Shown piece after piece: positions 28,260 to 38,102 of a DNA stretch of 64,000 nt; the stretch's first letter is position 1, and every line of letters starts with the position of its first letter. The translations under genes were made by a program, and so were the position numbers. Origin of the DNA: Candidatus Palauibacter sp. (GTDB lineage Bacteria; Gemmatimonadota; Gemmatimonadetes; Palauibacterales; Palauibacteraceae); contig NZ_OZ250143.1 in NCBI RefSeq assembly GCF_965237495.1, forward strand, positions 515,918 to 579,917, read 5' to 3'. A model generated the notes under the pieces. The model worked only from the letters and a program-made list of their open reading frames with translations. It was not told the origin of the DNA and did not search any database.

Positions 28260-29981
28260 GCAGTTGCCTCCGCTCACTCCGGCCGGGCGGGGCGCGACCG
28301 CGGCGCCCTCCCAGTCGGGGTCGGCGGCGCCGATCCAGGTGCCCGTCACGGCGTCGTACTGAAGGCCGTGGATGCGCCCGAACGCGCCCGGCCGCGGGGT
28401 GGCCGTGATGTCGAACCCCATGTCGCGGAACGCCTCGACCGACGCCTCCGACCAGCCGTCCTCCGGCCCCGCCTCCACCGCGAAGCCGGCGAGTCCCTCG
28501 GGTCCCATGTCCGGGTGCACGCGCGGGGCCGCGAGGGCGGCCGGGAGCGCGAGACCGTCGTCGATGACCCGCGTCACCGCCTGGACGACCGCCGAGACGA
28601 TCCGGATGCCCCCCGCGGCTCCGAGCACGAGGAGCGGTTCGCCGTCGTCGAGCACCATCAAGGGGGTGATCCCGGAGCGGGCGCGCTCCCCCGGCTCGCT
28701 GATCCCGAGGTAGCCGCCCAGCGTCACCGCGTAGAGGAAGCCGAGTCCGGGCGTCGCGACCTTCGCGCCCATGCCGGGGCCGATCGTCTGCGTGAGGGCG
28801 ACCGCCATCCCGTTCCCGTCGGCCGCCGACAGGTGCGTCGTGTGACCCTCATCCGGCGGCAGCCACAGATCACGATCTCCCGCGGCGAGCGCGAGGCTGA
28901 GGGGGGACATCGCCGCCCCGGACCGCGAGCCCGATTCCATGGTGGCCGCGGAGGGCACCCGCACCTGCTGGGCCAGTTCGCGCGCGAAGGCCTTGGACGT
29001 TACGCGTACGGCCGAGGAGTCGGAACTGTCCCGCCGGTATTCCGTCATCGCGAGGGCCAGCGACTGGGCGATGACCGAGGCCCACGCCTCGTCGCTCATG
29101 CTGTCGGGATCGAAGACCTCCGCGATGTGGAGGGCGAGGATCGCGATGGCTCCCGACGCCGGGATGTCCGAACCGACCATCTCGAAGCCCCGGTAGGAAC
29201 CCCGCACGATCCGGGAGTCCTCGGCCCGGTACGTGTCCAGCGCCTCGAGGGTCAGGAAGCCGCCATTGGCCGCCATGTCCGCGGCGATGCGGTCGGCGAT
29301 CCCGCCGCGGTAGAAGGCGTCGCCCCCGCCCAGTGAAATCGCCCTCAGCGTCGCGGCCATGTCGGACTGCACGAGCCGCTCCCCAGGGCCGTAGGGCGAT
29401 CCGTCAGGCTTCAGGTAGTAGCGCCGCGCGCCCTCGGATTCGGCGACCTGCGCCCGCGAGCCGGCCTGACGGCGGGCTTCACCCGGCAGCAGCCGGAAAC
29501 CGTGCTCCGCGTAGTCGATCGCCGGGGCCATGACCGTGGTCAGCGGCAGCGAGCCGTACTCCTCATGCAGCCGCATGAGCCCCGCGACGGTTCCCGGCAC
29601 GCCGACCGTGGCGTATCCGTACGCGGCGCTCGGCGCCGTGGCGGGGTCGTATCCGAGCGGGACCGAGGTCGTTCCGTCGATGCCGGCGACCTCGCCGTCC
29701 GGGGTCCGGATGAGGATCTGGTTCCGCCCCCCGATGCTGTTCATGCTCGGTTCGACCACGGAGATCGCGAAGGCCGCGGCGACGGCGGCATCGGCGGCGT
29801 TGCCCCCGAGTTCCAGCATGCGTGCGCCGGCGGCCGCCGCCAACGGCTGCGCGGCGGCGACGACCCCGTCCCCGGATCGCGCCACCTGGGCCGCGCTCTG
29901 CGCCATCAGGACGACCGGCAGCGTCGCGAACGCGAGTACGGTGACGACGGTCGCGGTGTACACCCGGATGCGTGGTTTCAT
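28242..29981 (-). CDS. ggt: Gamma-glutamyltransferase-family Ntn hydrolase (secreted)
   Basis: GGNAADAAVA, VPGTVAG, catalytic HTTHLS, LGAAGG, GAADP; signal peptide; stop codon lies within the IS1380 right end. Confidence 0.92.
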   Translation of the reverse strand: MKPRIRVYTATVVTVLAFATLPVVLMAQSAAQVARSGDGVVAAAQPLAAAAGARMLELGGNAADAAVAAAFAISVVEPSMNSIGGRNQILIRTPDGEVAGIDGTTSVPLGYDPATAPSAAYGYATVGVPGTVAGLMRLHEEYGSLPLTTVMAPAIDYAEHGFRLLPGEARRQAGSRAQVAESEGARRYYLKPDGSPYGPGERLVQSDMAATLRAISLGGGDAFYRGGIADRIAADMAANGGFLTLEALDTYRAEDSRIVRGSYRGFEMVGSDIPASGAIAILALHIAEVFDPDSMSDEAWASVIAQSLALAMTEYRRDSSDSSAVRVTSKAFARELAQQVRVPSAATMESGSRSGAAMSPLSLALAAGDRDLWLPPDEGHTTHLSAADGNGMAVALTQTIGPGMGAKVATPGLGFLYAVTLGGYLGISEPGERARSGITPLMVLDDGEPLLVLGAAGGIRIVSAVVQAVTRVIDDGLALPAALAAPRVHPDMGPEGLAGFAVEAGPEDGWSEASVEAFRDMGFDITATPRPGAFGRIHGLQYDAVTGTWIGAADPDWEGAAVAPRPAGVSGGNCPKTSE

Positions 29982-30143
29982 CTCTCCTCCGTCGCTCCAC
30001 CTCTCGAATCACGCGGCCCCGTTGCCAACGGTCACGAGCCGGGGGCGCAAACTTGCGGTCGATCCGGCTCGTGACTAGTGTCCGGCCCCCGTTGACAAAA
30101 ACGTTAAACCTTCCTGACAACTTCCTCACGACTGCGGGAGATC

Positions 30144-30869
30144 ATGATGGTCGCGAAATCGGGAGCCGCCCCGGCCGCCCTCGCCGGCGACCCGGGCATG
30201 GAGGCGACGCCGAAGGCCGGGAGGGCGCCGGAACCGCCGGGGACCGAGCAGAAGATCTTCGACGCGGCGCTCGAGGTGTTCGCCCGCAAGGGGCGGGATG
30301 GCGCGCGGCTCCAGGAGATCGCGGACCGCGCGGCGATCAATCGCGCCCTGCTGCACTACTACTTCCGCACCAAGGAGCAGCTGTACGAGGCCGTATTCGC
30401 GCACGGCTGCCGCCAGTTCATGACCGGGTTGAGCCAGTCGCTGCGGGCGGAGCAGGGGTTCGAGGACAGCCTGCGCGCGTTCGTGTACGGATACATCGAA
30501 TACATCTACGAACATCAGGACATGGCCCGCCTCATGCTGAGCGAGTGTCTGTGCGGCGGCGGGGTGCTCGAGCGACACCTGACCACCGCGATGGAGGCAC
30601 GTGAGGAAGTGCCGGGGCTCCTTCTGGAGGACAGGATGCGGACGGCAATGGCCGCGGGGGAGATCCGGGAGGTCGACCTGCGGCACACGCTGCTCACGAT
30701 CGTTTCCGCGTGCCTGTTTCCGTTCGTCGCGCTGCCGACGGTGCGACTCTTCCATTCGCGGGCCGTGGAGAACTTCGATCGGTTCCTGCAGGAGCGGAAG
30801 GCGCACATCGTCGACCTCCTGCTCGGGGGGCTGCGCCCGGCCCCCGCCCGGGAGGAGGCGCGCGCATGA
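30144..30869 (+). CDS. TetR/AcrR-family regulator
   Basis: IFDAALEVFARKG..GARLQEIADRAAINRALLHYYFRTKEQLY; TTGACA at 30092 upstream; start could be 30198. Confidence 0.93.
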   Translation: MMVAKSGAAPAALAGDPGMEATPKAGRAPEPPGTEQKIFDAALEVFARKGRDGARLQEIADRAAINRALLHYYFRTKEQLYEAVFAHGCRQFMTGLSQSLRAEQGFEDSLRAFVYGYIEYIYEHQDMARLMLSECLCGGGVLERHLTTAMEAREEVPGLLLEDRMRTAMAAGEIREVDLRHTLLTIVSACLFPFVALPTVRLFHSRAVENFDRFLQERKAHIVDLLLGGLRPAPAREEARA

Positions 30870-32410
30870 GAACGTTCCTGCGGCGCGGCGCCGGACTGCT
30901 CCTGCTGGCGACGGCGAGCGCCTGTTCGCTCGCTCCGGCGCCCCGCATGCCCGCCACGGTGGTGGAGATGCCCGAGGCCTACGATGTAGAGGCTCCGCCC
31001 GCCGAGGTCGAACCCGAAGCGCTCGCCTGGTGGCGCGCGTTCGACGATCCGACGCTGGACCGCCTGATCGAGACCGCCCTCACCCGGAACCTCGACCTGC
31101 GGGAGGCGATCGCGCGGCTCGAGGAACTGCGGCATCGCTACCGGATCGCGCGGGCGCCGCTCTTCCCGGCGCTGAGCCTGAGCGGAGACGCCAACCGGTC
31201 GAGCACCCCGGCGAATACCGGACTCGGCTCCCAGTTCGGCGGCGACGACGACGGAGCGGGCGACGGGGATGGCGGGTTCCCGGGGCTGGGGTTCGCCTTC
31301 CCCGACCGCTTCGAGTTCACCACCTATTCCGCCTCGCTCGGCTTCTCGTACGAACTCGACTTCTGGGGGCGTCTGCGGAACGAGTCGGGTGCCGCCGTGC
31401 GGGATTTCCTCGCCTCGCGAGGGGATGCCGAAACGGTGCGTCTCACGGTCATCGGCTCGACGATCTCGACGTATCTCGAGGTCGTCTCCACGCGCGCCCA
31501 GCTCGCCATCGCCGAGGACAACGTGGACCTGCTGAGGGAACGCGCGGAACTCACCCGGGAGCGATATCAGGCCGGCCTCACGAACACCTTCGAACTGTAC
31601 GCGATCCGGCAGCAGTACCGGACCGCCGAATCGAATCTTCCGGGGCTGCGCACGGCGTTGGACGACGCGGAGGGCCGTCTCGCGCTTATCCTGGGACGCT
31701 ACGCGGGGACGATCGATGACCTGCTGCCGGCCGGCCTCGCGCCGGCGATCGACCCGACGCCGATCCCCGCCGGGCTGCCGATGTCGCTGCTCGAGGCGCG
31801 GCCCGACGTGATGGCCGCCTTCGAGCGCGTCGAGGCGGCCCGCCTGCGCGTGGGGGCGCGCCGCGCGGACCTGCTCCCGTCCATCTCCCTGAACGCTTCG
31901 GGGGGCTTCCAGTCGGCCGAGGCGGAGAACCTGTTCTACGTCGACCAGTGGTTCGGGAACCTGATCGGCGGCATCGTCGCGCCGATCTTCCAGGGGGGCC
32001 GGCTGCGGGCGAACCTCGGTGCGGCCGGGGCGCAGTACGACCAGGCCCTCATCGCCTACGCGCGCACGGTGCTCGGCGCCTACCGGGAAGTGCGGACGAG
32101 CCTGCGGCAGTTCGAGAACGAACGGGAACGCTACGCGCAGGTGATGGAACAGGTCGCGGATGCCCGAGCGTCGCTCGAGAACCAGCTCGAGCGCTACCAG
32201 AGCGGGGTCGGGGACTACGTCGAGTACCTGGATGCGAGGGTCAACCTGAACGGGGCCGAGACGACGCGGGTGCTCGCCGAACGCGGGTTCGGCGAGGCGC
32301 GGCTCGCCGTCCACCGCGCCCTGGGCGGCGCGTGGGTGGCGGAGGATGTCGAAGAAGTCGACATGAGCGACAACGAGGGCGGAGCGCAGACGCTCCCCGA
32401 TCTAAGATAG
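30866..32410 (+). CDS. Outer-membrane efflux factor lipoprotein (NodT/OprM family)
   Basis: Lipobox ASAC, WWRAFDDPTLDRLI, SYELDFWGR, RPDV, RALGGAW. Confidence 0.93.
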   Translation: MRTFLRRGAGLLLLATASACSLAPAPRMPATVVEMPEAYDVEAPPAEVEPEALAWWRAFDDPTLDRLIETALTRNLDLREAIARLEELRHRYRIARAPLFPALSLSGDANRSSTPANTGLGSQFGGDDDGAGDGDGGFPGLGFAFPDRFEFTTYSASLGFSYELDFWGRLRNESGAAVRDFLASRGDAETVRLTVIGSTISTYLEVVSTRAQLAIAEDNVDLLRERAELTRERYQAGLTNTFELYAIRQQYRTAESNLPGLRTALDDAEGRLALILGRYAGTIDDLLPAGLAPAIDPTPIPAGLPMSLLEARPDVMAAFERVEAARLRVGARRADLLPSISLNASGGFQSAEAENLFYVDQWFGNLIGGIVAPIFQGGRLRANLGAAGAQYDQALIAYARTVLGAYREVRTSLRQFENERERYAQVMEQVADARASLENQLERYQSGVGDYVEYLDARVNLNGAETTRVLAERGFGEARLAVHRALGGAWVAEDVEEVDMSDNEGGAQTLPDLR

Positions 32411-32419
32411 GGCGGAGAG

Positions 32420-33766
32420 ATGGAAGACGGAACGCGACAGACGCTGTACTGGGCCGAGGAGGCGGAGGCACCCGCCTCGCGGCCGGGATTGCTGAAGCGG
32501 CTGGGACAGGGGGCGATCGTCATCGGTGTGGGGGTGCTCGGTTTCGCGCTCCTGTTCGGGATGCGCGCCGAGCCGGCGGAGGTGGAACCGCCGCGGGTGA
32601 TCCCCACGGTGAGCACGGTGCCCGCCCGCGTGACGCAGGGGGCGATCAAGGTGCGGGGCGGCGGCACCGTGCGGCCCAGCGCCGAAGTCACGATCGCGCC
32701 GCAGGTCGGCGGACGCGTGATCTGGGCGTCGCCCGCCCTCGTCAGCGGTGGGCGCTTCCTCGAGGGCGAGCCGCTCCTGCGCGTGGATCCGGCGGACTAC
32801 GAGAATGCCGTGGAGGCGGCGGACGCGGATGTCGCCCAGCGCGAGGTGGCCCTCCTGGAGGCCGAGGAGAACGCGCGGCTGGCGCTCGATGAATGGGCGC
32901 GGCTCGCCGCCCGCGAGAACCTCGATCCGACGCCGCCCAACGCGCTCGTCACGCGGCAACCGCAACTGGGTGCGGCGAGGGCCGCCCTCAGGAGCGCCGC
33001 GGCGAGGCTGGACGACACGCGGCTGGCACTTGAACGGACGTGGATCCGGGCGCCGTTCAACGGGATCGTGCGCGAGGAGACGGTGGACCTCGGGCAGTTC
33101 GTCGCGGCCGGGCAGTCGGTCGGCCGCCTGTACGCGACGGACGAGGTGGAGATCGTCGTGCCGCTGAGCGACAACGAGGCGGCGCTGATCGAGCGCCTGT
33201 GGAGCGCGCGGGCGGGAGAGGCCGAAACCCGGATCCCGGTCGGAATCACCTCGGAGTACGGGGGGGTCGAGTACGCATGGTCCGGATACGTGGACCGCGC
33301 GGAAGCGGCGCTCGACGAGCAGACGCGCACCGTCGACGTGGTGGTCCGGGTTCCCGAGCCGTTCACGCCCATCGAGGATGAGCCTCACCGGCCTCCGCTC
33401 CTGATCGGCAGCTACGCGACCGTGGACATCGAAGGGACGAGCTTCGAGGAGTACGCCGTCGTCCCCGCCGGCGCCGTGCGCGACGGCGACGTGCTGTGGA
33501 CGGTGCAGGACGACACGCTGCTCGTCATGACGCCGGTCGAGCCGATCCAGGAGGTGGATGACGAGGCGATGGTGCTCGGATCGATCGCCGACGGGACTCC
33601 GGTCATCGTATCGATGCTCGTCTTCGTCACCGATGGCATGACCGTGCAGCCGGTGCAGTTCCTCGAGAGCGCGCAGAGCTGGGACGCGGCACCCGCGGGC
33701 GCCACCGAACCCGAAGGCACCGCCGATCCCGAGGGCACCGCCGATCGCGAAGGAGTCGGCTCATGA
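32420..33766 (+). CDS. RND periplasmic adaptor (membrane fusion protein)
   Basis: N-terminal TM, PQVGGRV, IRAPFNGIV, VDLGQFV, TRT. Confidence 0.93.
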   Translation: MEDGTRQTLYWAEEAEAPASRPGLLKRLGQGAIVIGVGVLGFALLFGMRAEPAEVEPPRVIPTVSTVPARVTQGAIKVRGGGTVRPSAEVTIAPQVGGRVIWASPALVSGGRFLEGEPLLRVDPADYENAVEAADADVAQREVALLEAEENARLALDEWARLAARENLDPTPPNALVTRQPQLGAARAALRSAAARLDDTRLALERTWIRAPFNGIVREETVDLGQFVAAGQSVGRLYATDEVEIVVPLSDNEAALIERLWSARAGEAETRIPVGITSEYGGVEYAWSGYVDRAEAALDEQTRTVDVVVRVPEPFTPIEDEPHRPPLLIGSYATVDIEGTSFEEYAVVPAGAVRDGDVLWTVQDDTLLVMTPVEPIQEVDDEAMVLGSIADGTPVIVSMLVFVTDGMTVQPVQFLESAQSWDAAPAGATEPEGTADPEGTADREGVGS

Positions 33767-36700
33767 GGGGCGCCATCGCATGGATGGCCAACCACGGCGT
33801 CGCCGCCAACCTGCTCATGGTGCTCATCATCGTGGCGGGCATCGTGAGCCTCGTGAACCTGCCGCAGGAGACCTTCCCTGAGATCTCTCTGGACACGATC
33901 CAGATCCGGGTCCAGTACCCCGGCGCCTCTCCCGACGAAGTCGAGCAGGCGATCGTGCAGCGGATCGAGGAGCGCATCTCCGGTATTCAGGGCATCGACC
34001 GCATCACGGGCGCGGCCTCGCAGAACGTGGGGGTCGTGATGGCCGAACTCGCGCTCGGCACGGACCAGTCTCGAACGTTGGACGAGATCAAGTCCGCCGT
34101 CGACCGGATCACGAGTTTCCCCCTCGATGCGGAGGAGCCCGAGGTCGTCGCGCTCACCGCCGAGAGTGGCGTCGTGGACATCGCGATCTTCGGGGATGCC
34201 CCCGAGCGGACCCTCAAGGAGATCGCGAACCGGGTCAAGGACGACCTCACCTCGCTGCCGACGATCTCCCTCGTGCGCGTCTCCGGCGTCCGGCAGTACG
34301 AGATCTCCATCGAAGTCTCGAAGGATGCCCTGCGCGCGCACGGTCTCACGCTCGACGAAGTCTCGGCGGCCGTACGTCGCGGCAGTCTCGACCTGCCCGG
34401 CGGGAGCGTCGAGACCGATCGCGAGGAAATCCTCGTTCACATCCGGGGACAGAACTACACCCGGTCGGACTTCGCGGACATCATCGTGCGGGCGAGCGTC
34501 GACGGCTCGATGCTCCGCCTCGATGACATCGCCGACATCCAGGATGGATTCGAGAACAACGACCTCATCAACGCCTACAACGGGGAGCCGACGGCCTTCG
34601 TCAAGGTCATGAGGACGGGGGACGAGCGCGTCCTGGAGATCGTCGATGTCGTCGAACGCTACCTGCAGGATGAACTGGCCGGCTCGCTGCCGCGGGGCGT
34701 CGAGTACAGCATCTGGCGCAGCGAAGCCGAATACCTGCAGAGCCGGATCGACCTCCTCATCAAGAACGGCCGGCTCGGTCTGATTCTCGTCCTCGTGGCG
34801 CTGGCCCTCTTCCTCGACCTGCGCCTCGCGTTCTGGACGGCGGTCGGGATCGGCCTCTCCTTCGCGGGCGTGTTCGCGGTGATGGGGTGGTTCGGCATCT
34901 CCATCAACATGATGGCGCTGTTCGGCTTCATCCTCGCGATCGGGATCGTGGTGGACGACGCGATCGTGGTGGGGGAGAACATCTTCGCGGAACGCGAAAA
35001 GGGGACGCCCGGGCTGCGGGCGGCCATACGGGGCACGCGGCGCGTGTCCGTGCCGGTGATTTTCGCCGTGCTCACGACCGTGGCGGCGTTCACCCCGCTG
35101 CTCTTCGTTCCCGGGAGCCTCGGGAAGTTCCTCTACGTGATCCCCGCCATCGTGATCTCGGTGCTCGTGCTGTCGCTCGTCGAGGTCCTGTTCATCCTCC
35201 CGTATCACCTCTCGCACCTGCCGGCGCCGGGCGCGCACCGTGCGAAGAAGGGACTGCTGGGACCGGTGTACCGCCTCCAGGCGCTCGTGCAGACGCGGCT
35301 GCAGCGCTTCATCGATGGCCCGCTGGAGCGCTCGGTACGATTCGCGGTACGGCGCCCGGGGCTGATTGTGCTGGGGGCCCTCTCCTCCCTGTTGCTCGTG
35401 GCGGGACTCGTCGCGGGACGCCACCTGCGGTTCAGCCTCCTCCCCGTGATCGAGGGCGAGGAGGTCGTCGCCTACATCGAGATGGCCGAGGGGACGACGA
35501 GCGAGCGCACATTGGAAGTCGCCAGCTACGTGGAGCGCGAGGGATACGCGGCGGTCGCGGAACTCGAGGCGGGGCTGCCGGAGGACGAACCGCCGCTGAT
35601 CGAGGCGACCTTCACGAGCGTCGGGGAGCGGCCTTCGATGGCGGGAGGGCCCAGCATGAGCGCGGAGGCCAGCTTCATCCAGTCGAACATCGCCGAAGTC
35701 AGCCTGCGATTGTCCGACCCGGAGATCCGCAGCGTGCCGGCCATTGAAGTGGAGCGGGCGTGGAGGGAGCGCGTGGGCCCCGTCGCCGGCACCCGCGAAC
35801 TCACCTTCAGTTCCGTCCTCATCGACCTCGGGTCGCCCGTGCAGGTGGAGCTGTCGCATCCCGACACGGCGATGCTGAACTCGGCCGTTCCCGAACTGGT
35901 CTCCCGCCTGACGCGCATCGCCGGGGTGACGGAGGTCCGCGACGACCAGAGCCGGGGCAAGCGGGAGCTGGAGCTGGAACTCAAGCCCGCCGCGCGAACG
36001 CTCGGGATCACGCTCGATGACCTCGCGCGCCAGGTGCGCGGAGCCTTCTTCGGGAACGAGGTCTATCGACTGCAGCGCGGCCGCGACGAGGTGCGCGTGT
36101 ACGTCCGGCTTCCCGACTCGGAACGGAACACGCTCGCCGACCTGCGGGACTACCGGATCAGGACGCCGACGGGCGGCGAGGCGCCGCTGTCGGAGGTCGC
36201 GGATGTCTCGTTCGGCGTGGCCTCATCGACGATCAACCGGATCGATGGACGCCGCATCGCGACGGTCACGGCGGATGTGGACGCCGCCGTCATCACGGGT
36301 CAGGAAGTCAACACGGAGATCACGTCGGCGATCCTGCCGGAGCTTCAGACCCGGTTCCCGGGCCTGCGCTACGGGTTCGGCGGGGAGCAGAGACAGCAGA
36401 CCCTGGCGTTCGAGGGGCTCGCGCGCGGCTTCGCGCTCGCCCTGCTCGCGATCTACGCGCTCCTCGCCATCCCGTTCCGGTCTTACGTGCAGCCGCTCGT
36501 CATCATGGCCTCGATTCCGCTGGGGCTCGTCGGCGCGGCGCTCGGGCATCTCATCATGGGACTCGATATCGGCATGCTCTCCATGTTCGGCATCGTGGGC
36601 CTTTCGGGCGTGGTCGTGAACGACTCGCTCGTCCTCATCGATTTCATCAACGAACGGCAGCGCGCGGGACTCCCCATGGCGGAGGCCATCGTGCAGGGGG

Positions 36701-36996
36701 CCAAGGTCCGCTTCCGCCCGATCATGCTGACCTCCGTGACCACGTTCCTGGGGGTGTCGCCGATCATCCTCGAGCGCAGCACGCAGGCGCAGTTCCTCTC
36801 CCCGATGGCGGTGAGTCTGGGCTTCGGGATCCTGTTCGCGACCTTCATCATCATGCTCGCCGTGCCGGCGCTGGCGATGATGAACCACACGCTCACGCTC
36901 CGGGTAAGGCGGGCGATCGGGCGCGGCGGCCGGCGTGAGCCGGAACTCGGTCTGGCCACGGGCGGGCTCGAACCCCCGCCGCCGCTGCATCCCTGA
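33763..36996 (+). CDS. RND efflux permease (AcrB/AcrD/AcrF family)
   Basis: YPGASPDEVE, GIVVDDAIVVGEN, GVVVNDS, RFRPIMLTS; 1077 aa. Confidence 0.96.
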   Translation: MRGAIAWMANHGVAANLLMVLIIVAGIVSLVNLPQETFPEISLDTIQIRVQYPGASPDEVEQAIVQRIEERISGIQGIDRITGAASQNVGVVMAELALGTDQSRTLDEIKSAVDRITSFPLDAEEPEVVALTAESGVVDIAIFGDAPERTLKEIANRVKDDLTSLPTISLVRVSGVRQYEISIEVSKDALRAHGLTLDEVSAAVRRGSLDLPGGSVETDREEILVHIRGQNYTRSDFADIIVRASVDGSMLRLDDIADIQDGFENNDLINAYNGEPTAFVKVMRTGDERVLEIVDVVERYLQDELAGSLPRGVEYSIWRSEAEYLQSRIDLLIKNGRLGLILVLVALALFLDLRLAFWTAVGIGLSFAGVFAVMGWFGISINMMALFGFILAIGIVVDDAIVVGENIFAEREKGTPGLRAAIRGTRRVSVPVIFAVLTTVAAFTPLLFVPGSLGKFLYVIPAIVISVLVLSLVEVLFILPYHLSHLPAPGAHRAKKGLLGPVYRLQALVQTRLQRFIDGPLERSVRFAVRRPGLIVLGALSSLLLVAGLVAGRHLRFSLLPVIEGEEVVAYIEMAEGTTSERTLEVASYVEREGYAAVAELEAGLPEDEPPLIEATFTSVGERPSMAGGPSMSAEASFIQSNIAEVSLRLSDPEIRSVPAIEVERAWRERVGPVAGTRELTFSSVLIDLGSPVQVELSHPDTAMLNSAVPELVSRLTRIAGVTEVRDDQSRGKRELELELKPAARTLGITLDDLARQVRGAFFGNEVYRLQRGRDEVRVYVRLPDSERNTLADLRDYRIRTPTGGEAPLSEVADVSFGVASSTINRIDGRRIATVTADVDAAVITGQEVNTEITSAILPELQTRFPGLRYGFGGEQRQQTLAFEGLARGFALALLAIYALLAIPFRSYVQPLVIMASIPLGLVGAALGHLIMGLDIGMLSMFGIVGLSGVVVNDSLVLIDFINERQRAGLPMAEAIVQGAKVRFRPIMLTSVTTFLGVSPIILERSTQAQFLSPMAVSLGFGILFATFIIMLAVPALAMMNHTLTLRVRRAIGRGGRREPELGLATGGLEPPPPLHP

Positions 36997-37003
36997 GGCC
37001 GGC

Positions 37004-37612
37004 GTGGAACTCGCGCGCGCGGGCGGTCCATTGCGGGAGCTGAACGTCGAATGGCAGGACTTCGACGTGACGCGGGAGGCGCGCGAGGCGCTCAAGCTGC
37101 AGCGCGCGCAGTGCCTGTGGCTGACGGGGCTGCCGGCGTCCGGGAAGTCCACGATCGCGAACCTGCTCGAGAGGCGGCTCACGGCGGAGGGCCGCCACAC
37201 CTATCTCCTGGACGGCGACAACCTCCGCCACGGCCTCAACCGGGACCTGGGGTTCGCGGAAACGGACCGGGAGGAGAACATCCGGCGCGTGGCCGAGGTA
37301 GCGCGTCTGATGGTCGATGCCGGCCTGATCGTGATCGTCGCGCTCATCAGTCCGTTCCGGGCGGGGCGGGACTACGCGCGCAACCTGTTCGAACCCGGCG
37401 AGTTCCAGGAGATCTTCGTGGACGCCTCGCCGGCCACCTGCGCGGCACGGGACCCCAAGGGGCTCTACGCCCGGGCGCGGCGGGGAGAGATCCGGAACCT
37501 GACCGGCGTGGACGGCCCCTACGAACGGCCCGAGCGGCCCGAACTCCGGCTGGATACCGAGGAGCGTTCGCCGGAGGCGTGCGTCGAACTCGTCGTGGCC
37601 GAGTTCACGTAG
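37004..37612 (+). CDS. cysC: Adenylyl-sulfate (APS) kinase
   Basis: WLTGLPASGKST, LDGDNLRHGL, ENIRR, ISPF, RDPKGLY. Confidence 0.95.
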   Translation: MELARAGGPLRELNVEWQDFDVTREAREALKLQRAQCLWLTGLPASGKSTIANLLERRLTAEGRHTYLLDGDNLRHGLNRDLGFAETDREENIRRVAEVARLMVDAGLIVIVALISPFRAGRDYARNLFEPGEFQEIFVDASPATCAARDPKGLYARARRGEIRNLTGVDGPYERPERPELRLDTEERSPEACVELVVAEFT

Positions 37613-38102
37613 GGCTTCGGCCCGGTCCGGGAGAAGTCAGGCTTCTCACGCGGGCGCAGGCGGCCAGATCCTCGTTCGGGGCGCTGGCCTCGGCGGGGAG
37701 GCGGTTCTCGAGAGCCAAGAACACGGGCCCGGTCCAGTCGCGCGGGCTCGGGTCGAACCGGAAGCGGGCGCGGCTGACGACCTCTACGGCCCACACGTCC
37801 GGCCCCTCGCGCTCGACGAAGACACCGACGACTTCGCCCTGGTCCGCTTCGAGGGCCATCTCCTCCGGGGCCTCGATCTCGGGCTCGTAGCTGTGGGCGA
37901 GCACGAAGCCGTTCCCCACGTTCTCCCGCTCGATGACGAGCCCGGCGTAGCGGACGGCCTCCACGACGCCCTCCCACAGCGCCTCGTATTCGAGCCGGTA
38001 GCAGCGGGCGAGGCCGGTCCCCCGGTACTCCAGTACGCTCCCCGTCGCGAGACACCCCGCCGCGACCAGTCCAGCGAGCGGCGCCGCGACGGCCAGCCGC
38101 AT
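37605..38102 (-). CDS. Hypothetical lipoprotein
   Basis: MRLAVAAPLAGLVAAGC lipobox; TGATG overlap with upstream dehydrogenase. Confidence 0.7.
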   Translation of the reverse strand: MRLAVAAPLAGLVAAGCLATGSVLEYRGTGLARCYRLEYEALWEGVVEAVRYAGLVIERENVGNGFVLAHSYEPEIEAPEEMALEADQGEVVGVFVEREGPDVWAVEVVSRARFRFDPSPRDWTGPVFLALENRLPAEASAPNEDLAACARVRSLTSPGPGRSPT

